Shown here piece by piece: positions 33,647 to 44,420 of a stretch of DNA of 64,000 nucleotides (the stretch's first letter is position 1; each line of letters opens with the position of its first letter). This stretch comes from Nitrosopumilus sp. (lineage in GTDB: Archaea; Thermoproteota; Nitrososphaeria; Nitrososphaerales; Nitrosopumilaceae): contig OZ243974.1 of the NCBI GenBank assembly GCA_965214775.1, positions 1,216,001 to 1,280,000 of the forward strand, given 5' to 3'. The position numbers were made by a program, and so were the translations under genes. The notes beneath the pieces are model-generated. The model saw only the letters and a program-made list of their open reading frames with translations. It was not told where the DNA came from and did not search any database.

Positions 33647-36039
33647 TGTGTTATATGGAAATAATGTCCGCTATTCATTGATGTCCCTCTCCATCCATTT
33701 TGGGTCGGATTTCCTGATCGCTTCTGTGGCAGTTTTGTCCGAGAACGCCATGATGGGTGTCTGGCGGTGGGCTATGTCCAGCCCAAAGTGTAGCCTGCGC
33801 TCGTTGTAATACTTGATGTATGCATCCAAGCTCTCATAGTGGCGGATCTCAGCCTCTATGCTGCCGTGGAACCGTTCCAACTTGCCGTTGGTCTCCGGAT
33901 GGTACGGCCTGGAGTTTATCAGCCCGATGCCCCGATCCAGCAGCTCGGCCTCAAAGGCAGTCGGCGTCCACGTCCCGCGTGGCATGTTCTTCTTGCTGCG
34001 GCCGCCGTTGAAGCACCTGCCGTTGTCAGACAGTATGGTGGCCGGCTTGCCAAACCTGCCTATGGCCTCCCTGAGTGTTATCACCACGTTTTCTGATGTG
34101 GCATCTGCAAACGTCCGTGCCGCCGTGACACACCGGGAGGAATCGTCCAAAAACGTGACTAATTTGAGCCCTCTCAGGCGTGGATCCTTCATTTCGTGCC
34201 AGTCCACGTGCCACATTGCGTTGGAGTACTTGCGCTCATAGCGCAGCCATTTCTTTTGGCCCGACTTGGTATCTGATGCGGCAACGAGTCCCTGCTCCTT
34301 CATTATCCGATATACGCTGTTGTAGCTTATAATGTGACCTGCATCCTGCAGGCGCATGGCAGTGCGCATCACGCCCACGTGCTCTATACAGTGCATGTCC
34401 AAGACTGCCTGCACCTGGCCTGCCGCGGGCTGCGGTGCGGCCTTTCTTCCAGCCTTTTGTTGCACATGCATCTTTCCGGTCCGGCGGTACCTGGCGTAAA
34501 TCCTCCTCACGTGCCGTGGCGTCACCTTCATGTCACGGGCCAGCGACGTGGCGCTCTTTCCGGCATTACGTCCCTTGACGATATACCTGATCTCTTTGTC
34601 CGACATCTTTCTTGTCATGTCTTTATCTGATCGGGGCGTTGTCCGGAATTTTTCCAGAAATCTACCGATAAGCTTATAGATCATAAGCGCAGGATGCGAC
34701 AACCTTATGGATCATAGGATCGACGTCCCCGTATCAATGAAATCAAAGACCAACAAGAAGGAATCCAAGAAGGAATCCAAGAAGGAATCCAAGAAGGAAT
34801 CCAAGAAGGAATCCAAGAAGGAATCCAAGAAGGAATCCAAGAAGGAATCCAAGAAGGAATCCAGCAAGACCAGCAAGAAAAAAAAGTCAGAGTACACGAG
34901 ACCTCCGGAATACTATGCCGAGTACGAGGAAAAAAGGAGAGAGGACAGCAAGAGGTGCGGCATCGGAATCAAAAAGATCCGCAAGATCCTCCTGTCCCTC
35001 CTCCATAACACAGAGCAAGAGGATGAAATTCCCTATCTTCTGTGCGTACTCGACATGGAGTACCGCGGAAACTCGTATCGCAGACACGTCGAATACATGG
35101 AGTCGAATCCTGGTTCAACTAACATGTACGGGCTCAAAAAGGTTCCGGCCAAGTCGACACTGCATGATGCAGCCGTAAGGATAGCTGCCTGGGACAAGTC
35201 GGTGCTAAGATCGGTACTCTCAGAACAGGCAGGCGCAGACGCCAGGGGAACGTTGCTTGGCGACTCTAGCGGTTTCTCCATAATGAGATACCACACATGG
35301 GAGGACGCAAAGAAGGGCGTCATATCCAGGCAGATGTTTGCCAAGCTGCACATACTGTTGGCCCCGCACGGCAAGATTGCCGCCTGCGAGGTGACGCCGG
35401 GCGAATTCCATGATTCCCCGGTGTTCCGTAACGAGCTGCTACCGCAGGTTCCCAACGGCACAGGACACGTGATCCTGGATGCCGCATACGACTCGTATGA
35501 GAACTGCAGGGTCATAGCCGACGGAGGCAGAACCCCAGTGATATGTCCGCGTACAGGATATACGGTTCACGGGTTCAACGCCCGCTCCAAGATGCTAAGA
35601 TGGCACAAAAAGGACCCCGAGGGATTCGAGAAGACGTACCACCAGCGCAGCCTCGTTGAGTCGGCCTTCTCGTCGATAAAGGCAAGGTTTGACTCCACGG
35701 TGCGCGCCATGTCGCTTCCGATGCAGTCGCTCAGGCTTACCCTCAAGGTATTCTGCTACAATCTGGTCAGCTAGGATCCATAATGCCGGTACGGTGGAAT
35801 CGTCCGGCTAGCGGATGCTATGCAGTATGACGTCAAAACACGGGCCATAACTACACAATGCGGGCCGGAGTGCGGATTCGTCTCTATGTTTGCAGTCATT
35901 GCGCCATGATTTTGTACAAATCTCCCCGGAAATCACGTCCTAAAATCACGATTCCGGACAACGCCTCTGATCGGTACAGCCTGAAATAGTCAGCGATCGT
36001 ACGCCTTATCTTAGGCGGACCTAATTTCTGTATAAGACA
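33647..36039 (-). mobile_element. IS481 type B, copy 2 (transposase about 33671-34618), interrupted upstream of its ORF by an IS5
   Basis: Same IRs as 21639-22691; 15-bp TSD TAACCGATTTGACGC. Confidence 0.93.
34635..35965 (+). mobile_element. IS5-family element (IS903-like ends); transposase 34707-35774 with (KKES)n repeat
   Basis: 15-bp IR GGCGTTGTCCGGAAT; 9-bp TSD TCTGATCGG; GDSSG, HDSP, DAAYDS, YHQRSLVESAFS. Confidence 0.92.
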
Positions 36040-36128
36040 TAACCGATTTGACGCAAATTCGCTTATACATGATCCGAACCTGCCGATTTCGAATTACCTC
36101 TCTGCGTGCCTTCTGACGCTGAAGAGCC

Positions 36129-36167
36129 TATACTGATGATCATTGAAAATTTCGCCTGATTACACGT
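36129..36167. repeat. Inverted copy of the IS630 terminus found at about 39771-39808
   Basis: TATACTGATGATCATTGAAAATTTCGCCTGATTACA is nearly the reverse complement of the IS630 3' end; it could be the left IR or a second right end. Confidence 0.75.
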
Positions 36168-36233
36168 CTTGTGAAGGTTTATAGACGCTATATGAAATCT
36201 TATCCGTATCCTGTGATATACTATTACCGTTGG

Positions 36234-36352
36234 GCCTGAGAGTCGATGTGATCTTACCATGTACAAGGGTGTCTTATAGACTGACTCGTAACAGCAGGCG
36301 GAAAGCAATATACCGCGCAGACGGTGAATGGGAGATTCCGCCCGGATCAGGC
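36234..36352 (+). ncRNA. Candidate IS110 bridge RNA, copy A
   Basis: Lies upstream of the IS110 recombinase; outer stem plus two stem/internal-loop/hairpin modules that covary with 53440-53557. Confidence 0.65.
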
Positions 36353-36378
36353 ATTTTGATCAAAAAGGAGGTGATAAC

Positions 36379-36752
36379 ATGATCAACGTAGGAATAGACG
36401 TACACAAAAAGACATGCGTTGCAGCAGTAAAGGACGACTCTGGCAAGCTGCTTGAGCGATCCAAGTTTGAGAACAGCGTTTTGGCAACAACGAATTTTGC
36501 AACATATATCAAGGAACAATACCGCGGACAGCTGCCAATAAAGGCAGTATGCGAGTCCACTGCCAACTACTGGATTATCGTACATGACACACTTGAGGAC
36601 TGCGGGATAGACACCGTGCTGGTGCATCCGGCAAAGGCCAGGGTGATAGCGCACGCCAAGATAAAGGACGACCGCGTGGATGCAAATATACTTGTCGACC
36701 TACTCAGAGCAGACATGCTGCCAGAGTCGTTTGTGCCTGACAAGCACTACAG
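36379..36752 (+). pseudogene. IS110-family DEDD recombinase, N-terminal part truncated by a MITE
   Basis: GIDVHK, VCESTANYW, KDDRVDA; RBS GGAGGTGA. Confidence 0.9.
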
Positions 36753-36763
36753 AGAGTTGATTC

Positions 36764-38869
36764 GTACAACTTCAGGTCCTTTTTATACTGACTAGGGAAC
36801 TTTTTGCCCGGAACTTTTTGATCCTTCCGCATCTGCTGTGACAGACCCGCTACATCATCACCACACGTCCCTTGTATATGCAAGACCGGCAGCGCGCAGA
36901 CAGCAGATTATTGGCAGACGGCACCTGCAGGAAACCAGCATTGTCAGATTTGCCAGGCGTTGTTGACTGGCAGACTTGCCTACACGGCCGGATTCTTTGA
37001 CATGAAGCTACGGGTTACGCCGTCCCGTAGGCGCCAGACGGATCATGTTGTTGTAGGAGCTGCTACTGGTACGACGGCCATCCGGTTCCGGCGTACCGCT
37101 CCTCCTTCACTGCCTGCGTCATCATCGACTACAGGCGGCCACACCGGCGGCGGCCCGGGACACTCAAAGACGCTGTATTTTGTACCGTCCGTATTGACAA
37201 GCGAGGACAGCAGGCGCGCATTATCATCATCATCTCTTGCTTCTGCAAAGACATCCCAGCCCGGATTCCGCAGGTATTTCAAGAGTCCGCCGGCAGGATG
37301 TATATTCTGCTTGCGACATGTCATCGAAAATGTCAGCAGCGCAGAAGCCGTCTTTCTTCCCCCGTCAGTTACAATCTTGTGACGTGCATTGCGTTGTGGT
37401 ATGATCCCGTCGCGTATGCACCGCTCCGTATCGTTGTTGTGCAGCGGCATTCCCCGATGCGCCAGACACGTAAACATGTTATGTATGGCGTTTAGCAGGT
37501 GTGTACGCACGTGAACGTCCTCATACGGGTTGATTATTTTGTATACTTCCCTGGAAAGCTCCATGCATGTAAGCGGCGCAAGCGTCTTGATTTTATCTAT
37601 CTTCCTGTAGAATTCCAGCAGCAAGTCATACCTTTTCTCGTTATCGCCTTCGGGCATCTTTACTGCAAGCTTTTCTGCATACGCCAGAAGGTGCCTCCAA
37701 CACCTCTGGATTGTCACAAAGAACAGCTTGTACTGGGCCAGTCCGTCTACGACTATGGGAGTCTTGGGATCCAGCCATCCAAAGTGCGTGTGCAGTACCT
37801 CAGAGGACCGGGAATCTGCAAATACCACAAAGCACGCCCCCTCGCAGTTGAGCACCCAGACGTATCCCATGTGTCCGTCGCCGCGCTTAAATCCGGTCTC
37901 GTCCATCTGTATCCACGGCCTGCCCGCAATGAATGACTGTATGCGTTGTATCATGTTTTGTTGAATCGCCTCTGCCACTGCGTGCCGGGCGGCAGTCACG
38001 GTATTTGGGGCCATCTTGAATCCAAACATATACTGAAAGTACTCTGCAATGTCCTCGTCTGTGTTTCCCTTCTCAAAGAACATCATGATTAGAGAGAGTG
38101 AGACGGGCCCAAGTGACGTGCCGCTTAGAAACGGGGTAGCTGCGACATGCACGGTATTGCACTGTGGACACACCGCGTTTTGGATGATGGCATTGGCAGT
38201 GAGCATGCGCATGGAGTCATCTAGGTCGTTTACAAGCTTGTGGATCGGCTTGAGCATCCGTAACTGGATGTTGCACTTTGGGCATATTTTGGAGCCAAGA
38301 TCGTACCTTAATGTCATTGATGGTCGGTTGCCGTGCGATGTACCATGGTGTCTGCACGGAGGGCCGCGTTTCTTGCCCCGAGCAGCATCGCCGGGACTGC
38401 CGCCGGGATCCTCGCCCCTTTTCTCCCTGAACTTTCTTCTGGCATCATTGTATAATGACGGCGTGGACGTGGGCATGTTGGGACTCTCGTACAGGGCAAG
38501 CCTTGCCTGAAGCTTAGAGTTCTCCTTCTTGACATCAGCATTCTCCTTCTTGACAATAGAGAGTTCTTTTTCCAGCCCGGAGATCTTCTCATCCTGCTCC
38601 ATGATCATGACAAGTGCCTTTCCAGGATCCGTACAGTGTGCAAGCACGGCTTTGGAGTCCATATGTTACATCAGACAGGCAAGATCAAAAAAGATTTCCA
38701 TCGAAATTCTTTGACCAAGATGCCGATATTATGTCACTCCCGTAAATTCCAAACCTGCAATATCTGATCACAAATGTCTGATGTTCAGCCATGTTCGCAG
38801 GGGCATCTGATCATAAGATGCTGCCCAAAAATGTTTGACTGTCAGTATAAAAAGGACCTGAAGTTGTAC
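36764..38869 (-). mobile_element. IS66-family element copy 2, intact; transposase 37043-38662; inserted in a MITE (36753-39104)
   Basis: IR GTACAACTTCAGGTCCTTTTTATACTGAC; 8-bp TSD GTTGATTC; coiled coil, CxxC pairs, MDETG, QRCWRHL, NNDTER. Confidence 0.93.
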
Positions 38870-38974
38870 GTTGATTCGAAATTAGCAAACTCTGATTATC
38901 TGTGAACGAATCTGCATAAATCAGCTCAAGACACCAACAAAATACAGATTATCTGTGAAATTATTCGAAAAATT

Positions 38975-39067
38975 GTACGAGGTCACCTACCCCCATCAGT
39001 CAGGCACAAATTAGCATGAATGATTGTAATCTTCGTGCCTAGCTAGCAAGGGGACGTGACCACATAC
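38975..39067. mobile_element. 93-bp MITE GTACGAGGTCAC...GTGACCACATAC; identical copy at 50095-50187, diverged copy at 53600-53692
   Basis: TSDs GAAAAATT, TGCCTGCCC and GATTTGAT. Confidence 0.9.
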
Positions 39068-39107
39068 GAAAAATTTGTTTGGTTTCTAATTTCGGATCAT
39101 CTCTCAG

Positions 39108-39808
39108 GCTGCATGTCACATACAGCGTGGGAAGCATCAGAAGAATCCTGCGCACGATGGGATTCTCGCTAAAGACGTCAACCACCAAGCTGGCAGATGC
39201 TGCCGACGCAAAGTCGGTAAGACAGCGGCAGAGGGATGCAAGAACCGAGATTGCGCTTGCAAAAAGGCGCGGATTCAGGATAACCGTACAGGACGAGTCG
39301 ATATTCGTCAGTACGGGAAGGGACGGCAGAAAGTTCTGGTCGCCAGTGGGGGACAGGATCGAGGTGCAACGATCCGGCAGGAGGGAACGCGTCGTGGTAT
39401 ACGGAACGGTTGCAGACGACGGAACCAGGCTGATGCGCACATACGACAAGTTCAACAGCATAAACTTTGTGCGTTATCTCAAGCAGGCGCACAGAAAGTG
39501 GGGAAGGGTTCTGATTGTGATGGACAACGCATCACAGCACAAGACCGGAAGGGTCCGCAGGTACCTGAGGAAAAATCCCGACGTTGTCCTGCTGTACCTG
39601 CCGGTAGCCAGGCCGGAGCTGAGCGCCATAGAGCCAATCTGGAAGGATGCCAAGTACAGGCTGGTCACATCTGCCTTTTACGATACGGCAGATCACCTCA
39701 AAAGAGCCGTCTCAGAATACTTTAGGACGTGTTCCATCAAGGTTGACATCTACAAATATCTTGAGCGCCGCGTGTAATCAGGCGAAATTTTCAATGATCG
39801 TCAGTATA
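39108..39808 (+). pseudogene. IS630 transposase, 3' part plus right end
   Basis: VQDES, VMDNASQH, PELSAIEPIW; stop at 39777. Confidence 0.88.
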
Positions 39809-39904
39809 GTCGCAAGAGTTTACCCTTCAGGCGACACTACTGACTGGAGTCCTCATGATCACGCCTGCCACGCCGTATCTCAGGTGAGAGGTAAACTTGT
39901 ACGC

Positions 39905-41271
39905 CTAGTCGGCGCCATGCGTGCGCGAAAGCACGTACGGCCGCTCGTTTGGCTCTAGCGACAGCATGACCTTTTCCGTATCAAAAACAAACTCGCCCAG
40001 ATATGTGCCGTCCTGGTAGACCGTAAACGGCACGCCCTTCCAGTCTGTGGGCTGGTCAAACGACACGGTCAGGGGCTGGTCAAACACCGCGTTGTCCAGC
40101 CCGTCTGAGACGGTAATCTTGATGCGCTCGATTCGCGGCGGCGGGTGATCCGCTGCCACCTCGACGACCACCTGCGCGTTTGCCCTTTCCCTGGCATACA
40201 GCGTTATTTCGTTCATTGGGGACACCCAAAAGTCGCGGCCTGCAATGGATTCCACGTCCTTTCGGAACTCGCCCATGTCGTACCACCCGTACCCCTCCGG
40301 CAGTCCTATGTTGTGGTATGTCAGTATGATCCACGAGGTTCGCCTTAGCGCCTCATCAAGAACCGGCTCCAGATCGCCGTTGTCGTTTATGCATGACTCG
40401 CACGGTTCATAATCCTCCGACTTGAAATGTATGCTCTGCATGGGCAGTGCCTGCAGGGCAAACCAGTTGTCCGGCTCTGCCCTGTCATCTGCAATGTTGT
40501 GGAACCTGTCCGGATTGGTTGTCTGCAGCCTGCCGCTGAGAAATCCCGCATCCTCCAGGGCCTGCTGTGTCTCCCCCTCAGATCCGGCGTTTCGCGGATA
40601 GCCGTAGGCGACCGGCTTTAACCCCATCCATACCATGGCATCAAAGCATGCCTGAAACGACTCTAGTGCCTCCCCGTATGACATTATGTCGTGGTTGACA
40701 TGGTTGTGGCCGTGGCCGAAATAGCCAGAACCGCCGGGAATCAGATCCGTCAGCAGGTAGATCAGATCGACATCATGTGGATTGCTGTAGACGGGAACGC
40801 CATGATAGCTGTTCCCGGTCACCATCTCGTATCCGATGGTCACGCCGTGCTCATCGGCGTGGCTGGCTGCCTCCGGGATGTCTAGGGGGCGGCCGTCATA
40901 CGTGATTGATACTGCAGCAGTATGGTTGTCAAACCACTTTGTGACTCGTGCCTCTGACGGCAGGTCTCCGTCTGTAACCACGTGCCACTGCATCCTCTCT
41001 GCCGTGGCCTCTTTCACGCATGCCGGGCTCCAGTCCCCTCGGATCACCGGCACCAGACCGCCTGTGCACCGTACATCCCCTAGTGCTGCTCCAGACTCTA
41101 TCTGTTGCCTGATGCTAGAGGGAGGAGGGGGGGGGAAGTGGAAGAGAGAGGGTGTGTGTCTGCCCAGCCGTATAACGGTACCATGGCGAGGAGGGGGAGA
41201 AGGAGGAGGAGGAGGACACCGGCAAGCAGCAGGAACGGCACATGTGGCTGGGACGTGGTGTGACAGAGAGC
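39905..41271 (-). CDS. Secreted polysaccharide-deacetylase-like protein; signal-peptide frame separated from the main ORF (39905-41053) by a frameshift at a G9 tract
   Basis: AAVSITYD, HGHNH, YGYP, ILTYH, DFWVSP; the upstream IRQQIESG...VRC...SPACV module is in the main frame. Confidence 0.72.
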
Positions 41272-41600
41272 CATCTTGCCGTCAAACCGCCATGGGGGAT
41301 TCATCGTACTCACTTTCTGCACCTGTGGGATCCAAAAAATAGTTCGCCCCCCTTATTTGACATCATACTCCTCTCCTGTCTGCCCGTCAATAACGGTTTC
41401 CCCCTCCTTGGGCATCTTTCTGACAAATGCCTGCGCGGGCGTCTCCTGGTTTCCCCGGTTCGGCGACGTGCGGGCCTGCAGACTTGCTAGTCTACATTGT
41501 TTCGAATCTGGAGCCGTCTTGTGGGGAACTTCCGGGAAGGCTGCAGGCACGAAATTTATAATAAATTAATATTCATCAATTTTCAGGTATAGGCATCAGA

Positions 41601-42758
41601 ATGTTGACTCACAAAAGCCCGCAAATCTCAATAATTGTCCCAACATACAACGAATCCCAGAATATCTTGAAAATTTTAAAGTCCATTAAGGAAAATATTC
41701 CAAAAGAGATCTCTGCCCAAACAATTGTTGTAGACGACAATTCGCCTGATGGGACCGGAAAAATTGTCGAGGACTATATCTTTGGCATTAAAAAAATTGC
41801 CGAAAACACAATCGATGTAATCCATAGAAAAACAAAAAACGGGCTGTCCGCTGCAACTCTAAACGGAATTCAAAGCGCAAAGGGCGAGACAATCGTCGTA
41901 ATGGACTCTGATTTTTCACATCCTCCACAGATTATACCCAAGATGATTGATGCTTTCAAGCGATACCAATGTGATATTGTAGTGGCCTCGCGATACATGA
42001 CTGGCGGAAACATACGTGGATGGACTGCCAAGAGAAAATTAACGAGCAAAGTCGGAACAATGATTGCAAAAAGGGGACTAGGCGTCAAGATAAATGATCC
42101 AATGTCTGGATTTTTTGCATTTAAAAAAAACGTCATTAACGGATTAAATCTTGACACGTTCGGCTCCAAGCTTCTGCTGGAAATTCTTGTCAAAACCAAG
42201 GATATCAACATTAAAGAAATCCCATATACTTTTGAAGACAGAAAGTTTGGTTCAAGCAAATTCGACATCTCGACTGTCATTGATTACCTGAAATCAATTT
42301 GGAAACTGTACAAAAACGATAAAAAAGAATCATCAAATGAAAAACGAAAATCAGTGCATTTTCTCTCAAAAGCTGCCAAATTTTTTACCGTGGGCGCATC
42401 TGGCGTTGGCGTAAATTACCTGGTTTCGATGATTTTTACTTCTGGACTGACCGACTTTTGGTATGTTCACGCAAATATTTTTGGCATAGTCGCATCAATC
42501 TCGACAAATTTCATCCTAAACAAGGTCTGGACTTTTGAGGACAGGGACTTTTCACGAAAGAGGCTGCTTGAGCAATACGGAAAATTCTCCCTGTTCAGCT
42601 CCCTGGGGGCAATAGTCCAAGTCGGAACCGTTTACTGGTTGGTCGATTCCTACAATACGGAATATTCGATTGCACTGCTGTCTGCAATCAGCATAGCTGC
42701 CTTTGGAAACTTCCTCTTAAACAAGAGGCTAACATTCAAAGAAAGATTTTGGGGTTAA
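41601..42758 (+). CDS. Dolichol-phosphate-mannose-synthase-like GT2 fused to GtrA
   Basis: PTYNE, DDNSPDGT, MDSDFSHPP, DPMSGFF; C-terminal NFILNKVWTF. Confidence 0.93.
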   Translation: MLTHKSPQISIIVPTYNESQNILKILKSIKENIPKEISAQTIVVDDNSPDGTGKIVEDYIFGIKKIAENTIDVIHRKTKNGLSAATLNGIQSAKGETIVVMDSDFSHPPQIIPKMIDAFKRYQCDIVVASRYMTGGNIRGWTAKRKLTSKVGTMIAKRGLGVKINDPMSGFFAFKKNVINGLNLDTFGSKLLLEILVKTKDINIKEIPYTFEDRKFGSSKFDISTVIDYLKSIWKLYKNDKKESSNEKRKSVHFLSKAAKFFTVGASGVGVNYLVSMIFTSGLTDFWYVHANIFGIVASISTNFILNKVWTFEDRDFSRKRLLEQYGKFSLFSSLGAIVQVGTVYWLVDSYNTEYSIALLSAISIAAFGNFLLNKRLTFKERFWG

Positions 42759-42867
42759 CAATAACCGTTTCATGAAATGAACTTTCCCAAATTTGGGAAT
42801 CGCAACCCTTTGCATCCTTTAAAACAAAACAAAACAAAAAGAATGAACTGTTCGTCCCTTCTACCTA

Positions 42868-43521
42868 CTACTCGAAGGTGGAAGTAGTAGAGGTCTGGGA
42901 CGAAAGTCCGGTTGAAGATGGTACAGACGGGAATTTGTCCCCAATCTGCTGCTCAGCTACTGCAGACGCCTCTTGCAGAATCTTTTCTGTCTCTTCATTT
43001 GAAACATCAGACTCCATGCTAAACGAGTCTCCTGCAAGTGAATCCATCATGAGCCCATTAAGTGTCTGAGTCATGGCATTCAGTTCCGAATCTGCCTCTG
43101 GCATGAACCTTCCTAGCGATGACTTTAATCCCTTCATCGTAGACATTGCCGGCCCGATTGCTACCATTGCATCTCCTAGATCATGGATGGTTGTCAGCCT
43201 CAATTGGACTTGTTCTAATGACATCCTTGCATTGCCGAGCATCTTTGTAACTTTACGAATTTCAGCCAGTTCGTTAGACAAAACTCTGCTTGTGCTAGTA
43301 TCATGTTGTTGCATTGCAGCCACGACACGCTGAAAGAGTTGCGCATCTCTTTCGTGCAGCTTGTTTAGCATGGTGTCCATCTTTGAGATCTGGACCTGTA
43401 GTTTGTTTACTGCAGTCTGAATTCGCGGTTTTAACGCACCCTGAGGCTTTACTGCTTCACGGAGTTTGCCAGTTACGCTTTGGGTCTCCTGACGAGCCCA
43501 ATTCTTATCGAAGTTTGGCAT
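42868..43521 (-). CDS. ESCRT-III / CdvB paralogue (Snf7 family)
   Basis: Helical Snf7 core: ...NELAEIRK...LEQVQLRLTT...EKILQEASAVAE...FP. Confidence 0.88.
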   Translation of the reverse strand: MPNFDKNWARQETQSVTGKLREAVKPQGALKPRIQTAVNKLQVQISKMDTMLNKLHERDAQLFQRVVAAMQQHDTSTSRVLSNELAEIRKVTKMLGNARMSLEQVQLRLTTIHDLGDAMVAIGPAMSTMKGLKSSLGRFMPEADSELNAMTQTLNGLMMDSLAGDSFSMESDVSNEETEKILQEASAVAEQQIGDKFPSVPSSTGLSSQTSTTSTFE

Positions 43522-43625
43522 GGTTGCTACTTTAGAAGTTTAGTCTTAATGGACGGTGTATATTTAGATCGACTTTGAACTAAATTTAGCTAACAAACTA
43601 TATGCCTCTTTAACGTCTAAACCCT

Positions 43626-44420
43626 GTGGCCAAAATTGCTGTCTTTGACTCAGGATTGGGCTCGTTGTCCATTATTAACCCGATAAGAAGACTTTGCAAG
43701 GCCGAGATCATCTACTATGCAGACTCTAAAAACTTCCCATACGGTAAAAAAACCAGGGCCCAGCTTGGCAAGGCCATCAATCTGGCATTAAACAGGCTGG
43801 AGCAGCATTTTCACCCTGATTTGATAGTCATGGCATCAAACACCCCCAGTCTTGTCCTGAACATATCCAAGCCAAACGTCCTTGCTGTAAAGCCGCCCCT
43901 TTTGGAAGCCAAAAAAGTTTCCAAGACAAAAAGCATTGGAATTCTTGCAACAAAGTCAGCCATTCAAAGCAGAGGGGAGACGGAGGAGGGTGGCAGTAGT
44001 AGTGGCGGCAGCCTGTCTCGCTACATTCGCATGTGTAACCTTCCTGACTCGTATCAAATACACAAAATTAACTGTTCTAACCTTGTAAGTCTTGTCGAGA
44101 GCGGAAAATTCCTGACAAATGAAGGTTATTGCAGAAAAATAATCAAAGATGAACTATCTGAAATAATTTCCAAAAAAAACATTGACACTGTAACCTTATC
44201 AAGCACACACCTCCCATTCCTGAAAAAACTACTTCGGCAGGAATTTCCCGATATGGAATTCATCGATCCTGGAGGACAGGTTGCACAGAAAGTATTTGAA
44301 AAAATCAAAGACAGGCAATCAAAAAGAAACTCGTTGAAGATTTTTACGTCTGGAGATCCGGCAGCCTTTCATAACAAGCTGTTAAAACTAAAAATCAGAT
44401 CTACGGTCAGATCATTTTGA
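43626..44420 (+). CDS. Aspartate/glutamate-racemase-family protein with both catalytic Cys replaced by Ser
   Basis: FDSGLGSL and FPYG.K are present; ASNT and SSTH replace ACNT and GCTH. Confidence 0.85.
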   Translation: MAKIAVFDSGLGSLSIINPIRRLCKAEIIYYADSKNFPYGKKTRAQLGKAINLALNRLEQHFHPDLIVMASNTPSLVLNISKPNVLAVKPPLLEAKKVSKTKSIGILATKSAIQSRGETEEGGSSSGGSLSRYIRMCNLPDSYQIHKINCSNLVSLVESGKFLTNEGYCRKIIKDELSEIISKKNIDTVTLSSTHLPFLKKLLRQEFPDMEFIDPGGQVAQKVFEKIKDRQSKRNSLKIFTSGDPAAFHNKLLKLKIRSTVRSF

